From an uncultured Thermoplasmatales archaeon (GTDB lineage Archaea; Thermoplasmatota; Penumbrarchaeia; Penumbrarchaeales; Penumbrarchaeaceae), in NCBI GenBank assembly GCA_963807965.1, contig CAWEDU010000002.1, forward strand, positions 14,264 through 78,263: a stretch of DNA of 64,000 bases, given 5' to 3'. Shown one piece after another: positions 41,842 to 51,828 of the stretch. Numbering within the stretch: position 1 is the first letter of the stretch; every line of letters starts with the position of its first letter. A model generated the notes under the pieces. The model ran no database searches. It was not told where the DNA came from and saw nothing but the letters and a program-made list of their open reading frames with translations. The translations under genes were made by a program, and so were the position numbers.

Positions 41842-44187
41842 TCAACGATCCTTCTTAGTCCCTCTTTCTGCACCCTCCATCAGACCGTGTGTTGTTTCCT
41901 GGTTCAAAATGTTATAAATATCTCTGGCCTTCCCCTTGCCGATACCTTCTACCTTCTCCAATTCCTCCACCTTTGCCAAAAATACGTTCTTCAAAGATCT
42001 GAATTCCCTAAGTAGCTTTCTTGCCGTTATATTCGATATACCAGGAAATCCGCAAAGGACACTTTCCGAGATTCCCGTAATGGTTCTTCCCGGCTTTCTC
42101 TTCTCATGTGAAGAAAGAGGCCCGACCGTCCCTTCCCTCCTATGGACAGCAAGCATGAAATCTGCAGTTTCTCCAGGATCCCTTGTAAACATCAAACCAA
42201 TATTGTAGTCAATTGAAAGGGAGGCCAAGGCTCCTAATAGTGAATTCTTGTTGATGTTCCTTCGGTTGAAGATATCATCACCTTCGACGATTACCATAGG
42301 TCTCTCACAAGATGAGACCAGTCTACCAGCCTGATCGAAGAGTCTGCCATCAATAAGCGAATCTGATAGGTCCTGAGCCGTTTTCCTTTCGATAGTAACC
42401 CTTTCCGATATTCGATAGTCTCCCTCACCTAAAGGGGCTGGTATGATCTTGAATCCTCTCCTTATAAGCTCCTCGGCAACGGAGGAAGTGAGTTCCCTTC
42501 TATCCACTATCAACTCTGGTAATTGTCCGGACTCCACCTTAGGAGCCTCTGAAAATGATTCCAGGGTTGGAGCATTCTGTTGTTCCCCTTCCTCGACAGG
42601 TTTGGAATGCTTCCTCCTCTCCGGAAGTGGCATCTTGGTAAGCATCCTTCTCAAAGCAAGGAGCTGTCTTTCCATCTTCACCTCCTTGTCCCTGGCTGAG
42701 AAAGAATAGGCAATATCCCTTGTATCATTTGACATTAGGACTATGACCTTCCCGGATGAATGTCTTCCAGTACGGCCTCTCCTCTGGATCGTCCTAATCT
42801 CGGATGGGATCGGTTCATAGAATATCACAAGGTCCGCTCCGGGAATGTCGAGGCCCTCCTCTGCAACGGAAGTTGCGATCAGGAGATTGAAATCACCTCT
42901 CCTGAAGGCCTCGAGGACCTCCTTCTGTTCCTTCTGGGATAACCCAGAATCCTCGCCTCTTGACGCCTGTCCGACGAACCTTACAGGTCTTATTCCTTTT
43001 TGGGACTGTTCATTCATCCTCCGGAAAACCACAGAAGCAGTGTCCCTGAAATGAGTGAAGGCTATTACCCTCGCTTCCGGATCCTCTCTAAGTTTCTGGA
43101 TCACAGCCCTTTCAAGCGCAAGTACCTTGGAAGGGAGCTCACCTCGAAGGGCTTCGGTCTTGTTCATGACCATACTGAAAAGGGGATCCGAAACTACCTT
43201 CCGTGTAGCCTTGGAGCTATCCGGATTTCCTGTTTCCTTCAATAATCTATCAAGGTATTGATATAAAGCCCCAGCTCCCTGTGTCTCCGCCATCTCCATG
43301 GCATGGGATATCTTCATCGCCTGCGCCTGTACGGACATGGCCTGATAGTAGGATCCGCCATCCTTCCCTGACCTCCTGATCATTTCCTGGATTCGACCTG
43401 CAGCGCCCAGGAGCTCTTTGATGGATGTGTTGGGCCCTTTCCTGATAACACCCATACGTTGTAGTCTTCCGACCCTGTCCATGAACATCCTCTGAAGGAC
43501 CTGGATGATGGACCTCATCCCGTCAGAGAGTTCAACTTTGACCCTTGTTACCTCCATTTCCTGAATGTAAGGTTTCACATCTTCATCGGTATCTATCCTG
43601 ACCTCTATCTGCTCAATTCCAAGGTTCTTGCATACCTCATAGATCCTGGAAACATCATGACCCGGGGAAGCAGTGAGACCAAGGGTCAACCCCTCCGGTC
43701 TCTTCTCAAAGAACATCTCGGAAATGAATACGTATGGATAATCCCCCACTGCTCTGTGGGCTTCATCAACAAGGATCAGATCGAACATACCAATGTCAAG
43801 GTCCCCGGAAATGATATCGTTCTTCACAACCTGAGGGGTCGAGATCACCATATCCCCTCCACCGTAGATCTCCTTCCTTTTAGAAGGAGGCACCTCCCCA
43901 GTGAGCATCACGATCTCCTTTTCCTTAAGGTTCGATCGCATAAAGTCAAAATGCTGCTCTACAAGAGGCTTTGTGGGGGCCATCATCAACGTAGGCCCCT
44001 TTCCTTGCGCTATTCTTTCCGCTACCACAATGAGTGCGACCACTGTCTTACCGAGTCCGGTTGGTAGAACAACAAGAGTTGGTTTCAGGAGGGCTTTTGT
44101 GGCAATTTTGACCTGATATTCCCTCCTGGTCATCGCCTCCTCCCTGATGAAAGGATGGACCAAGAACTCCTCATTAGAACCTGTCAC
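41842..44187 (-). CDS. hef: Hef: helicase-associated ERCC4/XPF-type endonuclease (FANCM/XPF homologue)
   Basis: SF2 helicase motifs PTGLGKT and VDEAHR, the ERCC4 nuclease motif GDYRISERVTIERKTAQDL, and a C-terminal (HhH)2 region. Intact 781 aa. Confidence 0.9.
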   Translation of the reverse strand: MTGSNEEFLVHPFIREEAMTRREYQVKIATKALLKPTLVVLPTGLGKTVVALIVVAERIAQGKGPTLMMAPTKPLVEQHFDFMRSNLKEKEIVMLTGEVPPSKRKEIYGGGDMVISTPQVVKNDIISGDLDIGMFDLILVDEAHRAVGDYPYVFISEMFFEKRPEGLTLGLTASPGHDVSRIYEVCKNLGIEQIEVRIDTDEDVKPYIQEMEVTRVKVELSDGMRSIIQVLQRMFMDRVGRLQRMGVIRKGPNTSIKELLGAAGRIQEMIRRSGKDGGSYYQAMSVQAQAMKISHAMEMAETQGAGALYQYLDRLLKETGNPDSSKATRKVVSDPLFSMVMNKTEALRGELPSKVLALERAVIQKLREDPEARVIAFTHFRDTASVVFRRMNEQSQKGIRPVRFVGQASRGEDSGLSQKEQKEVLEAFRRGDFNLLIATSVAEEGLDIPGADLVIFYEPIPSEIRTIQRRGRTGRHSSGKVIVLMSNDTRDIAYSFSARDKEVKMERQLLALRRMLTKMPLPERRKHSKPVEEGEQQNAPTLESFSEAPKVESGQLPELIVDRRELTSSVAEELIRRGFKIIPAPLGEGDYRISERVTIERKTAQDLSDSLIDGRLFDQAGRLVSSCERPMVIVEGDDIFNRRNINKNSLLGALASLSIDYNIGLMFTRDPGETADFMLAVHRREGTVGPLSSHEKRKPGRTITGISESVLCGFPGISNITARKLLREFRSLKNVFLAKVEELEKVEGIGKGKARDIYNILNQETTHGLMEGAERGTKKDR

Positions 44188-44310
44188 GGGGTTATATTCC
44201 CGGGAACTGATATTAAGGCAATCCGAGGGGGTGAACCGAAACTTCTGAACAATTCAGGCTACAATACAATATCCAAGGTATTTCCATGACCCCATCATAG
44301 GTGTTTGCCC

Positions 44311-44727
44311 ATGGCTGCAGCAGATTGTTTCGAACTGATGATAGACGGACCTGATATCCACTGCCCTAAATGCGAGACCGCAATGATCGCTTGGAACTGG
44401 GGAGGTCAGATCCTCTATACGTGCCAGGGATGCAGTGCTCTTGGTTTCAATATTGAAAGGGCCAAGATCGATATGAACAGGTTCAAGATCACCGAGATTC
44501 TGGAAGGTCATGAATGCAAGGGCTGTTCCTCGACATTTGAGAAGAGGGAAGCACCAAAGGTCGATCTCTTCACGTGTTCAGGATGCAACGTCGGACTTTT
44601 CTCCGATGTGAAAGACATTGAGGAATTGAAATTTGATTTCAGTAATCCTGAAAGTTGTGCCAACCACTTGGAGATGAGGACCCTTATTGGTGAGACATAC
44701 GATAGATTGATCGAATTCCTCAAATAA
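44311..44727 (+). CDS. hypothetical double zinc-ribbon protein
   Basis: Four CxxC pairs: CPKC/CQGC and CKGC/CSGC. Confidence 0.5.
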   Translation: MAAADCFELMIDGPDIHCPKCETAMIAWNWGGQILYTCQGCSALGFNIERAKIDMNRFKITEILEGHECKGCSSTFEKREAPKVDLFTCSGCNVGLFSDVKDIEELKFDFSNPESCANHLEMRTLIGETYDRLIEFLK

Positions 44728-44745
44728 AAATTAAAATAAAAAATT

Positions 44746-44768
44746 AGAAGGGGGTGTAACCCCCCTTC
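44746..44768. terminator. bidirectional terminator-like hairpin between convergent genes
   Basis: AGAAGGGGG-TGTAA-CCCCCTTCT is a perfect 9-bp stem, flanked by an A/T-rich stretch on the left. Confidence 0.55.
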
Positions 44769-44774
44769 TTCATC

Positions 44775-46184
44775 TCACTCTCTCTTTCTTCTGAAGATAC
44801 CTATCAAGGCAATTACAGCTATGCTCCCGATCAACAATGGAATACCAAGACCTGGAGAATCATTATCTCCACCACCTGTTTGATCTCCTCCCCAGAAATC
44901 CATGATCTCTTCAGTGATATCCTTTGAATCCTGATTCCAATTGGCCTCAGAAGCATCGGAATAGGCCCTAACGACAACGAATATCTTTGATATTTCAGGT
45001 CCATCATCATCTGTTGTGTTATCCTCATCTGAAGGACCTACCAATTTATCATACCAGGACATTGGTGCTTTGGCATACATATACCAGGCCCATTCAGACC
45101 AGTCTGTATTTCCACCTGGACCAGTTCCCTTGAAGTACATCTCCGTGGTGATGCCGAGCATGGTCGACCTTGGTTCCTCGTCAGGGCCAACCTGCCAATC
45201 ATCGGCTTCGTATGTTCCGTCATCGTAGTAGGTGACCATTGTCATGGAGCAATGATGGACTGTTCCGGTTGTTGTACCATCGATCGTATGTTCCATCTCG
45301 AAAGTATCATCTCCAGCGTCTACGGAATAATCAACATTGTTGATGGTTACTGTGATCGAGTCGTCAGTTGGAGTCTCCGCTGTGGGATCCGGATTGTCAT
45401 TGGTGTCATCATCATCGTCATCATCATCAAATCCCATATCCGGATAACTGTTGATATCATCCGGAGCTGTTCCCCAAACATATTCTTCAAAGTTCGTATA
45501 ACCGTCACCATCATGATCTTCGTCAGCATCATTGATCGATGTATCCAGACCATGTAATTGTTCCCAGGAATCGGGCATCAGGTCCCCATCGGCGTCCGTT
45601 TCTTCATCATCATCGTCGTCATCGTCATCGGTGGATGTTCCCTCTCCGAAATCCTCATTGATGACATCACTCAGAACCACCATTTGACCAATGACTGTCA
45701 TATCAATCTCAGCATAAACATCCATAATTGGATGATTTGATTCATCTATATCCGACTTGTTGACCTTGAGGGTCAGAGTATCGGTTCCGTTTCCTGTAAC
45801 CTCAGGAGTAGGACCTAAGCCAATGAATTCTCCATTTAGACTTGCTGTACCCATGTAAATTATTGCAGAGGTACTTTCTGACCCATCACCGACCTGGTCT
45901 AAAAAGAAATAATACATGTACATCCCGTTGCTACCGGAATAATCTATCAACCCATCCACTTTAAGGGTAAGTACAATTGGATCGGATGATCTATCAAGTG
46001 TCAGAGCAAGGATGTCCGTATTCTTAACCATCTGGGCGTCACCACCGGTATTATCAACATCCCCGGAAGGATCTATGTATGATATCGTGTTATCCGCCCT
46101 TGTCTGGGCAAAGGATCCCATGGATAGGACCGAGATCGCCATTATTGTTATTACAAAACCTGCCATTAGAGAACTTATCTTCAT
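44775..46184 (-). CDS. secreted, highly acidic surface protein with TSP3-like Ca-binding repeats and a PGF-CTERM-like anchor
   Basis: Signal MKISSLMAGFVITIMAISVLSMGSFA. The string DADGDLMPDSWEQLHGLD..DADEDHDGDGYTNFEEYVWGTAPDD is TSP3-like. Two D8 runs are present. The C-terminus is SPGLGIPLLIGSIAVIALIGIFRRKRE. Confidence 0.65.
   Translation of the reverse strand: MKISSLMAGFVITIMAISVLSMGSFAQTRADNTISYIDPSGDVDNTGGDAQMVKNTDILALTLDRSSDPIVLTLKVDGLIDYSGSNGMYMYYFFLDQVGDGSESTSAIIYMGTASLNGEFIGLGPTPEVTGNGTDTLTLKVNKSDIDESNHPIMDVYAEIDMTVIGQMVVLSDVINEDFGEGTSTDDDDDDDDEETDADGDLMPDSWEQLHGLDTSINDADEDHDGDGYTNFEEYVWGTAPDDINSYPDMGFDDDDDDDDTNDNPDPTAETPTDDSITVTINNVDYSVDAGDDTFEMEHTIDGTTTGTVHHCSMTMVTYYDDGTYEADDWQVGPDEEPRSTMLGITTEMYFKGTGPGGNTDWSEWAWYMYAKAPMSWYDKLVGPSDEDNTTDDDGPEISKIFVVVRAYSDASEANWNQDSKDITEEIMDFWGGDQTGGGDNDSPGLGIPLLIGSIAVIALIGIFRRKRE
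45405..45428 (-). repeat. GAT/GAC trinucleotide tract encoding poly-Asp
   Basis: gtcatcatcatcgtcatcatcatc on the + strand, encoding D8 in the acidic surface protein. Confidence 0.8.
45603..45629 (-). repeat. second GAT/GAC trinucleotide tract encoding poly-Asp
   Basis: ttcatcatcatcgtcgtcatcgtcatc on the + strand, encoding DDDDDDDDE. Confidence 0.8.
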
Positions 46185-46381
46185 TTTATACCCCCATTAG
46201 GACTTTCGAAAAGGACCTTCGATGTATTTATTTATTCCCAAGAACAGACCAGTTCCACTGGAAATGTAGGTCTTGGAGTAACGATCCTATTACTACTAGC
46301 CAGTTTCAGATCATCTATAAATCTCTTGGTTGGAATATTTCAAGAATATTATTTTAAAGGACAAAGGACGGTTGAATCTCT

Positions 46382-46816
46382 ATGAGGATTGAGGACGTTG
46401 GGTCCTTGTCTCCGTCAGGGGACCTATTAGCTTTCAGTATAGCTCTGGCCCTGACCATCGGATTGATGGGGATCCTGGTTATCGATGATGATGGAGAATC
46501 TGATGATCTTCCATTTTCAACCTGGTTAAACATTCTGAAGAAAAGCGACCTTCTGGACCCTGACGATGACGGACTGATAGGACCTTTGGAAGGTGACATT
46601 TCAAACACCGGAAGGACCATACCTGTCATTGAACAGGACCTTTATATTGAATTGAGATCGAATGATATCAATCTAACTTTCATATTGAAGGACGGGACCT
46701 GCTTTTACGGGGATACGGACTACGTCCTTGATTCACCGATACATTCTACCCTTGTCCTCTTCGAGGGACCATATCCGGGATCGATCACCATAGGGATTGT
46801 GGAGGTGATCTCCTGA
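46382..46816 (+). CDS. hypothetical small protein with a pilin-like or anchor-like N-terminus
   Basis: MRIEDVGSLSPSG-DLLAFSIALALTIGLMGILV followed by an acidic soluble part. First gene of a same-strand cluster. Confidence 0.5.
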   Translation: MRIEDVGSLSPSGDLLAFSIALALTIGLMGILVIDDDGESDDLPFSTWLNILKKSDLLDPDDDGLIGPLEGDISNTGRTIPVIEQDLYIELRSNDINLTFILKDGTCFYGDTDYVLDSPIHSTLVLFEGPYPGSITIGIVEVIS

Positions 46817-46929
46817 GGTCTATTGTATCATTCCAAGGAATAGAAACCCCCCTTTCCCTCACGTTACTGGTCATTTCCGTATCACTGCTTGCCTCAGGGT
46901 CATCATTACTCTTCCATTCTGATCCAACC

Positions 46930-47304
46930 ATGGGAAATCAGGATCTAAGATATGATCAAACAAGGGACATCGGTAGATGTCTTTCCGACCTTATCGTGGC
47001 AAGACATCCTTTTCTTTCGAACATTTCAAAGTCTACAAATAATTGGTCCATGATAATTTGGACCGGAAGTACCTTTTTAGATATTGGCGAAGATTCATTC
47101 CTTATACCTGTAATAAAAGAGGTCCTCAAATGGACTCCTGACGGACTCTGGTCCATGGTCCTTGTATTCATAGACATCGAACCCTCGATCTTAATTGAAA
47201 CACCCATCTCGACATTTGTAAGGGAAATTACACCGGGCCTGTCATTGAAGGTTGTTCTACCCTTGGAAAGGTCTCCACACCCGGTCCCGGAGGTCTTTTC
47301 TTGA
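46930..47304 (+). CDS. hypothetical small protein; the true start is probably upstream
   Basis: The frame is open from about 46790 and there encodes SIVSFQG-IETPLSLTLLVISVSLLASG, with no ATG/GTG/TTG. This suggests a missed start or another indel. The stop overlaps the next start (TTGA at 47301-47304). Confidence 0.4.
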   Translation: MGNQDLRYDQTRDIGRCLSDLIVARHPFLSNISKSTNNWSMIIWTGSTFLDIGEDSFLIPVIKEVLKWTPDGLWSMVLVFIDIEPSILIETPISTFVREITPGLSLKVVLPLERSPHPVPEVFS

Positions 47305-49823
47305 AGTTCGGAAGGACCTGGATCGATAGATCAGGGAAAACAGCATTTGCTTACCTTGCTGTTGTACTCATGGTCTTGACGTCCACATTCATTTCATACA
47401 TGGTCTGGATCCAAAGGACGGATGAAGAAGCTGAGATGTCATCCTTGTCCATCTCTCTGATGTCCAAGGATCTGGATTCCCTTGAGTCCGATCTAAGGAC
47501 CGGTTTGATAGAGCTGCATGATAGGATCTTCCTTGACCTGGTGACCAAACCCCAAAACTGGAATTCCACAAGACTGGACGGAGCCCTCGAGAGTAGGTTA
47601 TCTTTTTTAATTGAAGATGAGATCAATAGGACCTTCGAAAGGAACCTGCCTGGAAACGGCAAATGGCGTTATGCAATTGATGACCTCTCCATCTCCGTAG
47701 TTCCCCTTCCTGTCTCATTCCTATCCCCAACTACTTCGGGTAGAGAGATAGCACCGAACGGGACAGGACCTTGGACATATGGATGGAGGTCAGGAGCAAT
47801 GGGGGCCAACACTACGATCTCCATTGGGATCTCATGCTCGACCTCCAACAATGGTGTATCCCTGGTGAGAACTGTTGATGTCAATATCGTAAGGGAGTCC
47901 CTGACAGATCTACTGTATCAGAGAATTGAAAGACTGATCATGGCACTGGAAGGACCGGAAATGGCGGAGCTCTATCAGCATATGATAGGAACAGTTGCAG
48001 AGGCAAAAGCATATCTTGGCAGGGGAAGGTCCATGTCAGTTTCCGGAGGATCATCTATAGAACCTTTGCTAACGGATGATGAGATCTCCTCATGTATGGA
48101 CCTCAGTGTCCATCTATTGTCAAAAGCTTATTTGGGAGTATTCGATGAGAGAGGTCTTCTTGGGATCGAGAATGAGCTCCGATCCGTAGAAGGATCATTC
48201 GATTCATCGCCCGGTATCATGGAATTGCTATCTTCCCACGATGATGCGATCGATCCAGGAATGTTAGCACTGATCATTGAAGGTTTGTTCTCGGAGATGA
48301 CCCCTCCGGATGCAGAAGACCTCTTACGTCCGCTTCTTTTCTCCCTTCTTGAGAGATTGGCCCTTGGCCTTGTTGACTACATTGGCCTGGACACCGGCAT
48401 TCTGGAGACATTCGGAGGAGTGACAGGTCTATTCAGGGGGATCACTGAGAAAGTGGATTCCTTCTGGGAGGATGCTTTTGGTTACCATCTGATAGACACC
48501 AGAGATGTGGGAGTAGCGTCACTAATAAGGGACCTGTATCGAACCTCCCCCTACCTCCATGGGTATGAGGGGATGGCAATGATAGAGGAGGTTAGAGGAC
48601 TGAAATGGATGGGAGATTATGTGGATGGATATCCGGAGATCACACCAGATCCCATCGAACGCACCTTCGATGTGGGCATTTGGGAGGAAAATGGGACAGT
48701 TACGGTTCATTCCATCGAGGCGGTATTTCAGTTCCCACCGGAAGAGCCGGATTTTGAACCGATCAACATCCTGACTAATGAAAGGTCCATACAGGGGATC
48801 TCCGAGGTCCTGGGGATCGATGAGGGAATAATATCAGCCGAGGTTGCTCTAAGGGAATCTGCGGAGAAGGTCCTCAGAGATGCTGTCGAAAGAGTGATGG
48901 AAAGACTTGTTTCGGATGCCCCCGAGGTATGGGACAGGATCTGGGAAGGCTGGGAATATGATTCCCCCCCACCGCTGAATGGAGAGATGTGTCCCACTTC
49001 TTTCCTCACATTCCTCACTCTTACATCAATCCCTGATGTGATCGACGAGCTGATGACCATGCTGGTCAATTCTCCGGAACTAATTGACCTGAAGGAGGGT
49101 TTGTCGGACATCATCAGGATCCTGGGCGGACCTATCTCGGACTGGGTCTATGATAATTATTATACTGTTGTGAAAGCGGATTATCAGATCGACAATGCTT
49201 TGGAAGATTACTTCGAGCACCTCTATGGCACCATAGATGTTGCTATCATTTCCTCGAACAGGATAGGGACAAGGCCTTTCGAAAAAGGATATGCCACAGA
49301 TTTTAGTGGAAGACCTCTGGATTTCGATGAGTTACTAGACCATCCTTACATCCTGTCCGATCTGGGTCTGAACTTGTCTTCGGAAGGAGATCAGGACCCC
49401 GAATTGAGGGAGAATATCCTGAAAACGATCGTCTCCTCCATGGATCTGATGAAGGAAAGGGAGTTCGGAAATGGGGACATATTGTCAGAGACTGGATACA
49501 TCAGAAAAGCTCTGTCAGGCATTACAACCCGTGGAGGATCTCGGGTTGTGCCAGGATCGGTAGGATCTCCCAATTTATCAAGGTTTCAAGAGACTGTCAA
49601 CGACACCATACACCGCATCATGGCAGGTGTGATCAACGATACATCAGGAGCAGAGATGATGTCGGCGTCCAGACACTTCCTTCCTCCTTTGAACATGTCG
49701 GGAGCCGTTAAGATAAGAAAGAGTACTTCCGGGTCACCCAGTATGGGAGCTTGTTCCGACCCTAAATATTACCTGCGGTTCCAGGAAGGATACCATATAC
49801 GAGATGACTGGAGGCTTCCATGA
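47301..49823 (+). CDS. large hypothetical protein (840 aa) with a single N-terminal hydrophobic helix
   Basis: MKFGRTWIDRSG-KTAFAYLAVVLMVLTSTFISYMVW, then about 800 aa with no motif I recognise. The ORF is intact. Confidence 0.6.
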   Translation: MKFGRTWIDRSGKTAFAYLAVVLMVLTSTFISYMVWIQRTDEEAEMSSLSISLMSKDLDSLESDLRTGLIELHDRIFLDLVTKPQNWNSTRLDGALESRLSFLIEDEINRTFERNLPGNGKWRYAIDDLSISVVPLPVSFLSPTTSGREIAPNGTGPWTYGWRSGAMGANTTISIGISCSTSNNGVSLVRTVDVNIVRESLTDLLYQRIERLIMALEGPEMAELYQHMIGTVAEAKAYLGRGRSMSVSGGSSIEPLLTDDEISSCMDLSVHLLSKAYLGVFDERGLLGIENELRSVEGSFDSSPGIMELLSSHDDAIDPGMLALIIEGLFSEMTPPDAEDLLRPLLFSLLERLALGLVDYIGLDTGILETFGGVTGLFRGITEKVDSFWEDAFGYHLIDTRDVGVASLIRDLYRTSPYLHGYEGMAMIEEVRGLKWMGDYVDGYPEITPDPIERTFDVGIWEENGTVTVHSIEAVFQFPPEEPDFEPINILTNERSIQGISEVLGIDEGIISAEVALRESAEKVLRDAVERVMERLVSDAPEVWDRIWEGWEYDSPPPLNGEMCPTSFLTFLTLTSIPDVIDELMTMLVNSPELIDLKEGLSDIIRILGGPISDWVYDNYYTVVKADYQIDNALEDYFEHLYGTIDVAIISSNRIGTRPFEKGYATDFSGRPLDFDELLDHPYILSDLGLNLSSEGDQDPELRENILKTIVSSMDLMKEREFGNGDILSETGYIRKALSGITTRGGSRVVPGSVGSPNLSRFQETVNDTIHRIMAGVINDTSGAEMMSASRHFLPPLNMSGAVKIRKSTSGSPSMGACSDPKYYLRFQEGYHIRDDWRLP

Positions 49824-51828
49824 TCCGGATCCCAGGTTCGAAGGAGCTCCCTACAGAACCGACCTTACTGTTTCCGGTGAAAGGAACTACCGTTTCGTCT
49901 ATTCTCTGAATGGCAGTTCTCCCTTGACCCGGGAATTGAGCATCGACCCCCAGGCCTACATCTCCGTCCATACTGTATGGCCTCTTCAAGGAGCGTCATA
50001 TGAGGAGGGAACCACGCTTTACGACATAGCATCGGACAATGTCAAACAGGCAGCTATGGACATAGGGGAACGTCTTCTGAACAGTTCAACCTCGATCTTC
50101 TCTGGTACATTGAGGTCCCTCCAGGAGGTTCCTCCTCTGGTGAACGATATCGTTCAGAACAAGGACCTTGACCTGGCAGAGGCAAGCAGGGTCCTTTCCA
50201 ATGTATCCATGGACCTGTCATCGACACTGAGGAACGGGGTCAAGGACCTTATTCAGAAACTGATGGAAATGGGTTTGACCGGGGTCCTTTCCGCATTCCT
50301 GGACATTCTTGGGGTCGATGAGTTCCGATCGCTTAGGAAGTTCGGTCCCCTCGATCTGTGTCTGAGGACCGAAAAGGAAGCTCTCCTTGGTGAAAAAGGG
50401 ACCCTGATCGGAATGGAAATGAACGTTCCTTCCATCGGTCTTAATGGATACCTGACCGTGACAAGGGTGGACAACTCCTCCATGAGGTTCAACGGGACTG
50501 TCATTATTGAAAAAGGACCACTCTACATCAGAGCAGAATTGGATCCGTTCATGGAGGACAGACCTCACATGTTCTCTGTTGAAGGAAGATATGGTGGTAA
50601 TAACGGCAACATTTCCTTCTCTTTTTCAGTACCGACCCTTGAAGAATACAAGGTCACAGAGGTATCCCTATCTTCCTCACTTGGAGTGGAACCCATGATC
50701 CCAATCCCCCCTCTCGGGATCAATGCGGTGATAGACGGTGGTTTCAGATTGAGATACAGGATGCCAGAGGATCTCCCTCCGGTCCTGAACGAGGTCGAAT
50801 TCATGGACAACAATATCTCAAATGTCGAGATATTCGATCCGGGTCTGCACCCTTTCAGCGGTTCCACACTGGAATTGAGAAGCGGTTCGGATGACCTCAT
50901 CTGCTCCTGGAAGATCGAAGGTTCCCCAGAAAGATATTTCGTAATAAACCTAACACGTGAAAATATGTGGAGGTGGAAGGGTCCATTACCGAATGATGGA
51001 AATGTACACATTGTTCTCAGGTCCCCTTCCGGAGTGATAATGGACGATCTGTGGTTGGATGATATGAAAGACGGTTCGATCGGAAGGGAAAATGACGGCT
51101 ACGGTGTCTGGAGATGGGGGGAGTCAACATTCGGATCCACCAATGGCGGAAGTGTGAAGGTTTCCATATCCTCATTGATAGTCTCACTGGCATTTTCTGC
51201 CATCAAAGATGCATGGAATGAGGCCTACGATCTCTACGGACTATCTTTCGACACACTTGTCCATTTCCTTGAAAGGACCATTGAGCTTTTCATGGAAAGG
51301 TTCCTTGCCATGATCTCCGAGCTGATAGTCGATGCGAGGCTATTCCTCAAGCTTGAGGTCGAAGATGCAACTGGAAGTGCGGGGGCTGGCCTTGAGCTTT
51401 CATTAAGGGCCGAGGGTGAAGCAGTTGCCCTTTTTCTAGGCTGGCTTTATGAAAATATTGTGGTCATGATAAACAATATCAAGGATCCAAAGAGCTCCGG
51501 AAATATGGTGGATTTCCCTTTGAACATATTGGAGAAATGCTGGATAACCCTCCTTGTTTTCACAGAGGTGGAAACACCCGTTTCATTGGGGAACCTTGCC
51601 CCTGAGGGAACGGAGATCCCCGATTCCCTCACATACGGGATCACGGGGTCTGTAAACCTGGCACTTCCCCTCGAACTCATGGGAAAGGATATCGGATCCT
51701 GGCATGTTGTCTTCGGGTTGCAGGTGCTCGAAGCTCCCCCGTCTATAGTCTCGTTGTTCTATGATGTACGAAGCTTCGAAGGAACAACAGATCTTTGGCT
51801 GCTTAAAGGCGAGATATGGGAGGATTAA
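49804..51828 (+). CDS. large hypothetical protein (674 aa)
   Basis: Intact ORF overlapping the previous one by 20 nt. No TM segment or recognisable motif. Its frame is open from about 49715, so fusion with the 840-aa ORF is possible. Confidence 0.55.
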   Translation: MTGGFHDPDPRFEGAPYRTDLTVSGERNYRFVYSLNGSSPLTRELSIDPQAYISVHTVWPLQGASYEEGTTLYDIASDNVKQAAMDIGERLLNSSTSIFSGTLRSLQEVPPLVNDIVQNKDLDLAEASRVLSNVSMDLSSTLRNGVKDLIQKLMEMGLTGVLSAFLDILGVDEFRSLRKFGPLDLCLRTEKEALLGEKGTLIGMEMNVPSIGLNGYLTVTRVDNSSMRFNGTVIIEKGPLYIRAELDPFMEDRPHMFSVEGRYGGNNGNISFSFSVPTLEEYKVTEVSLSSSLGVEPMIPIPPLGINAVIDGGFRLRYRMPEDLPPVLNEVEFMDNNISNVEIFDPGLHPFSGSTLELRSGSDDLICSWKIEGSPERYFVINLTRENMWRWKGPLPNDGNVHIVLRSPSGVIMDDLWLDDMKDGSIGRENDGYGVWRWGESTFGSTNGGSVKVSISSLIVSLAFSAIKDAWNEAYDLYGLSFDTLVHFLERTIELFMERFLAMISELIVDARLFLKLEVEDATGSAGAGLELSLRAEGEAVALFLGWLYENIVVMINNIKDPKSSGNMVDFPLNILEKCWITLLVFTEVETPVSLGNLAPEGTEIPDSLTYGITGSVNLALPLELMGKDIGSWHVVFGLQVLEAPPSIVSLFYDVRSFEGTTDLWLLKGEIWED

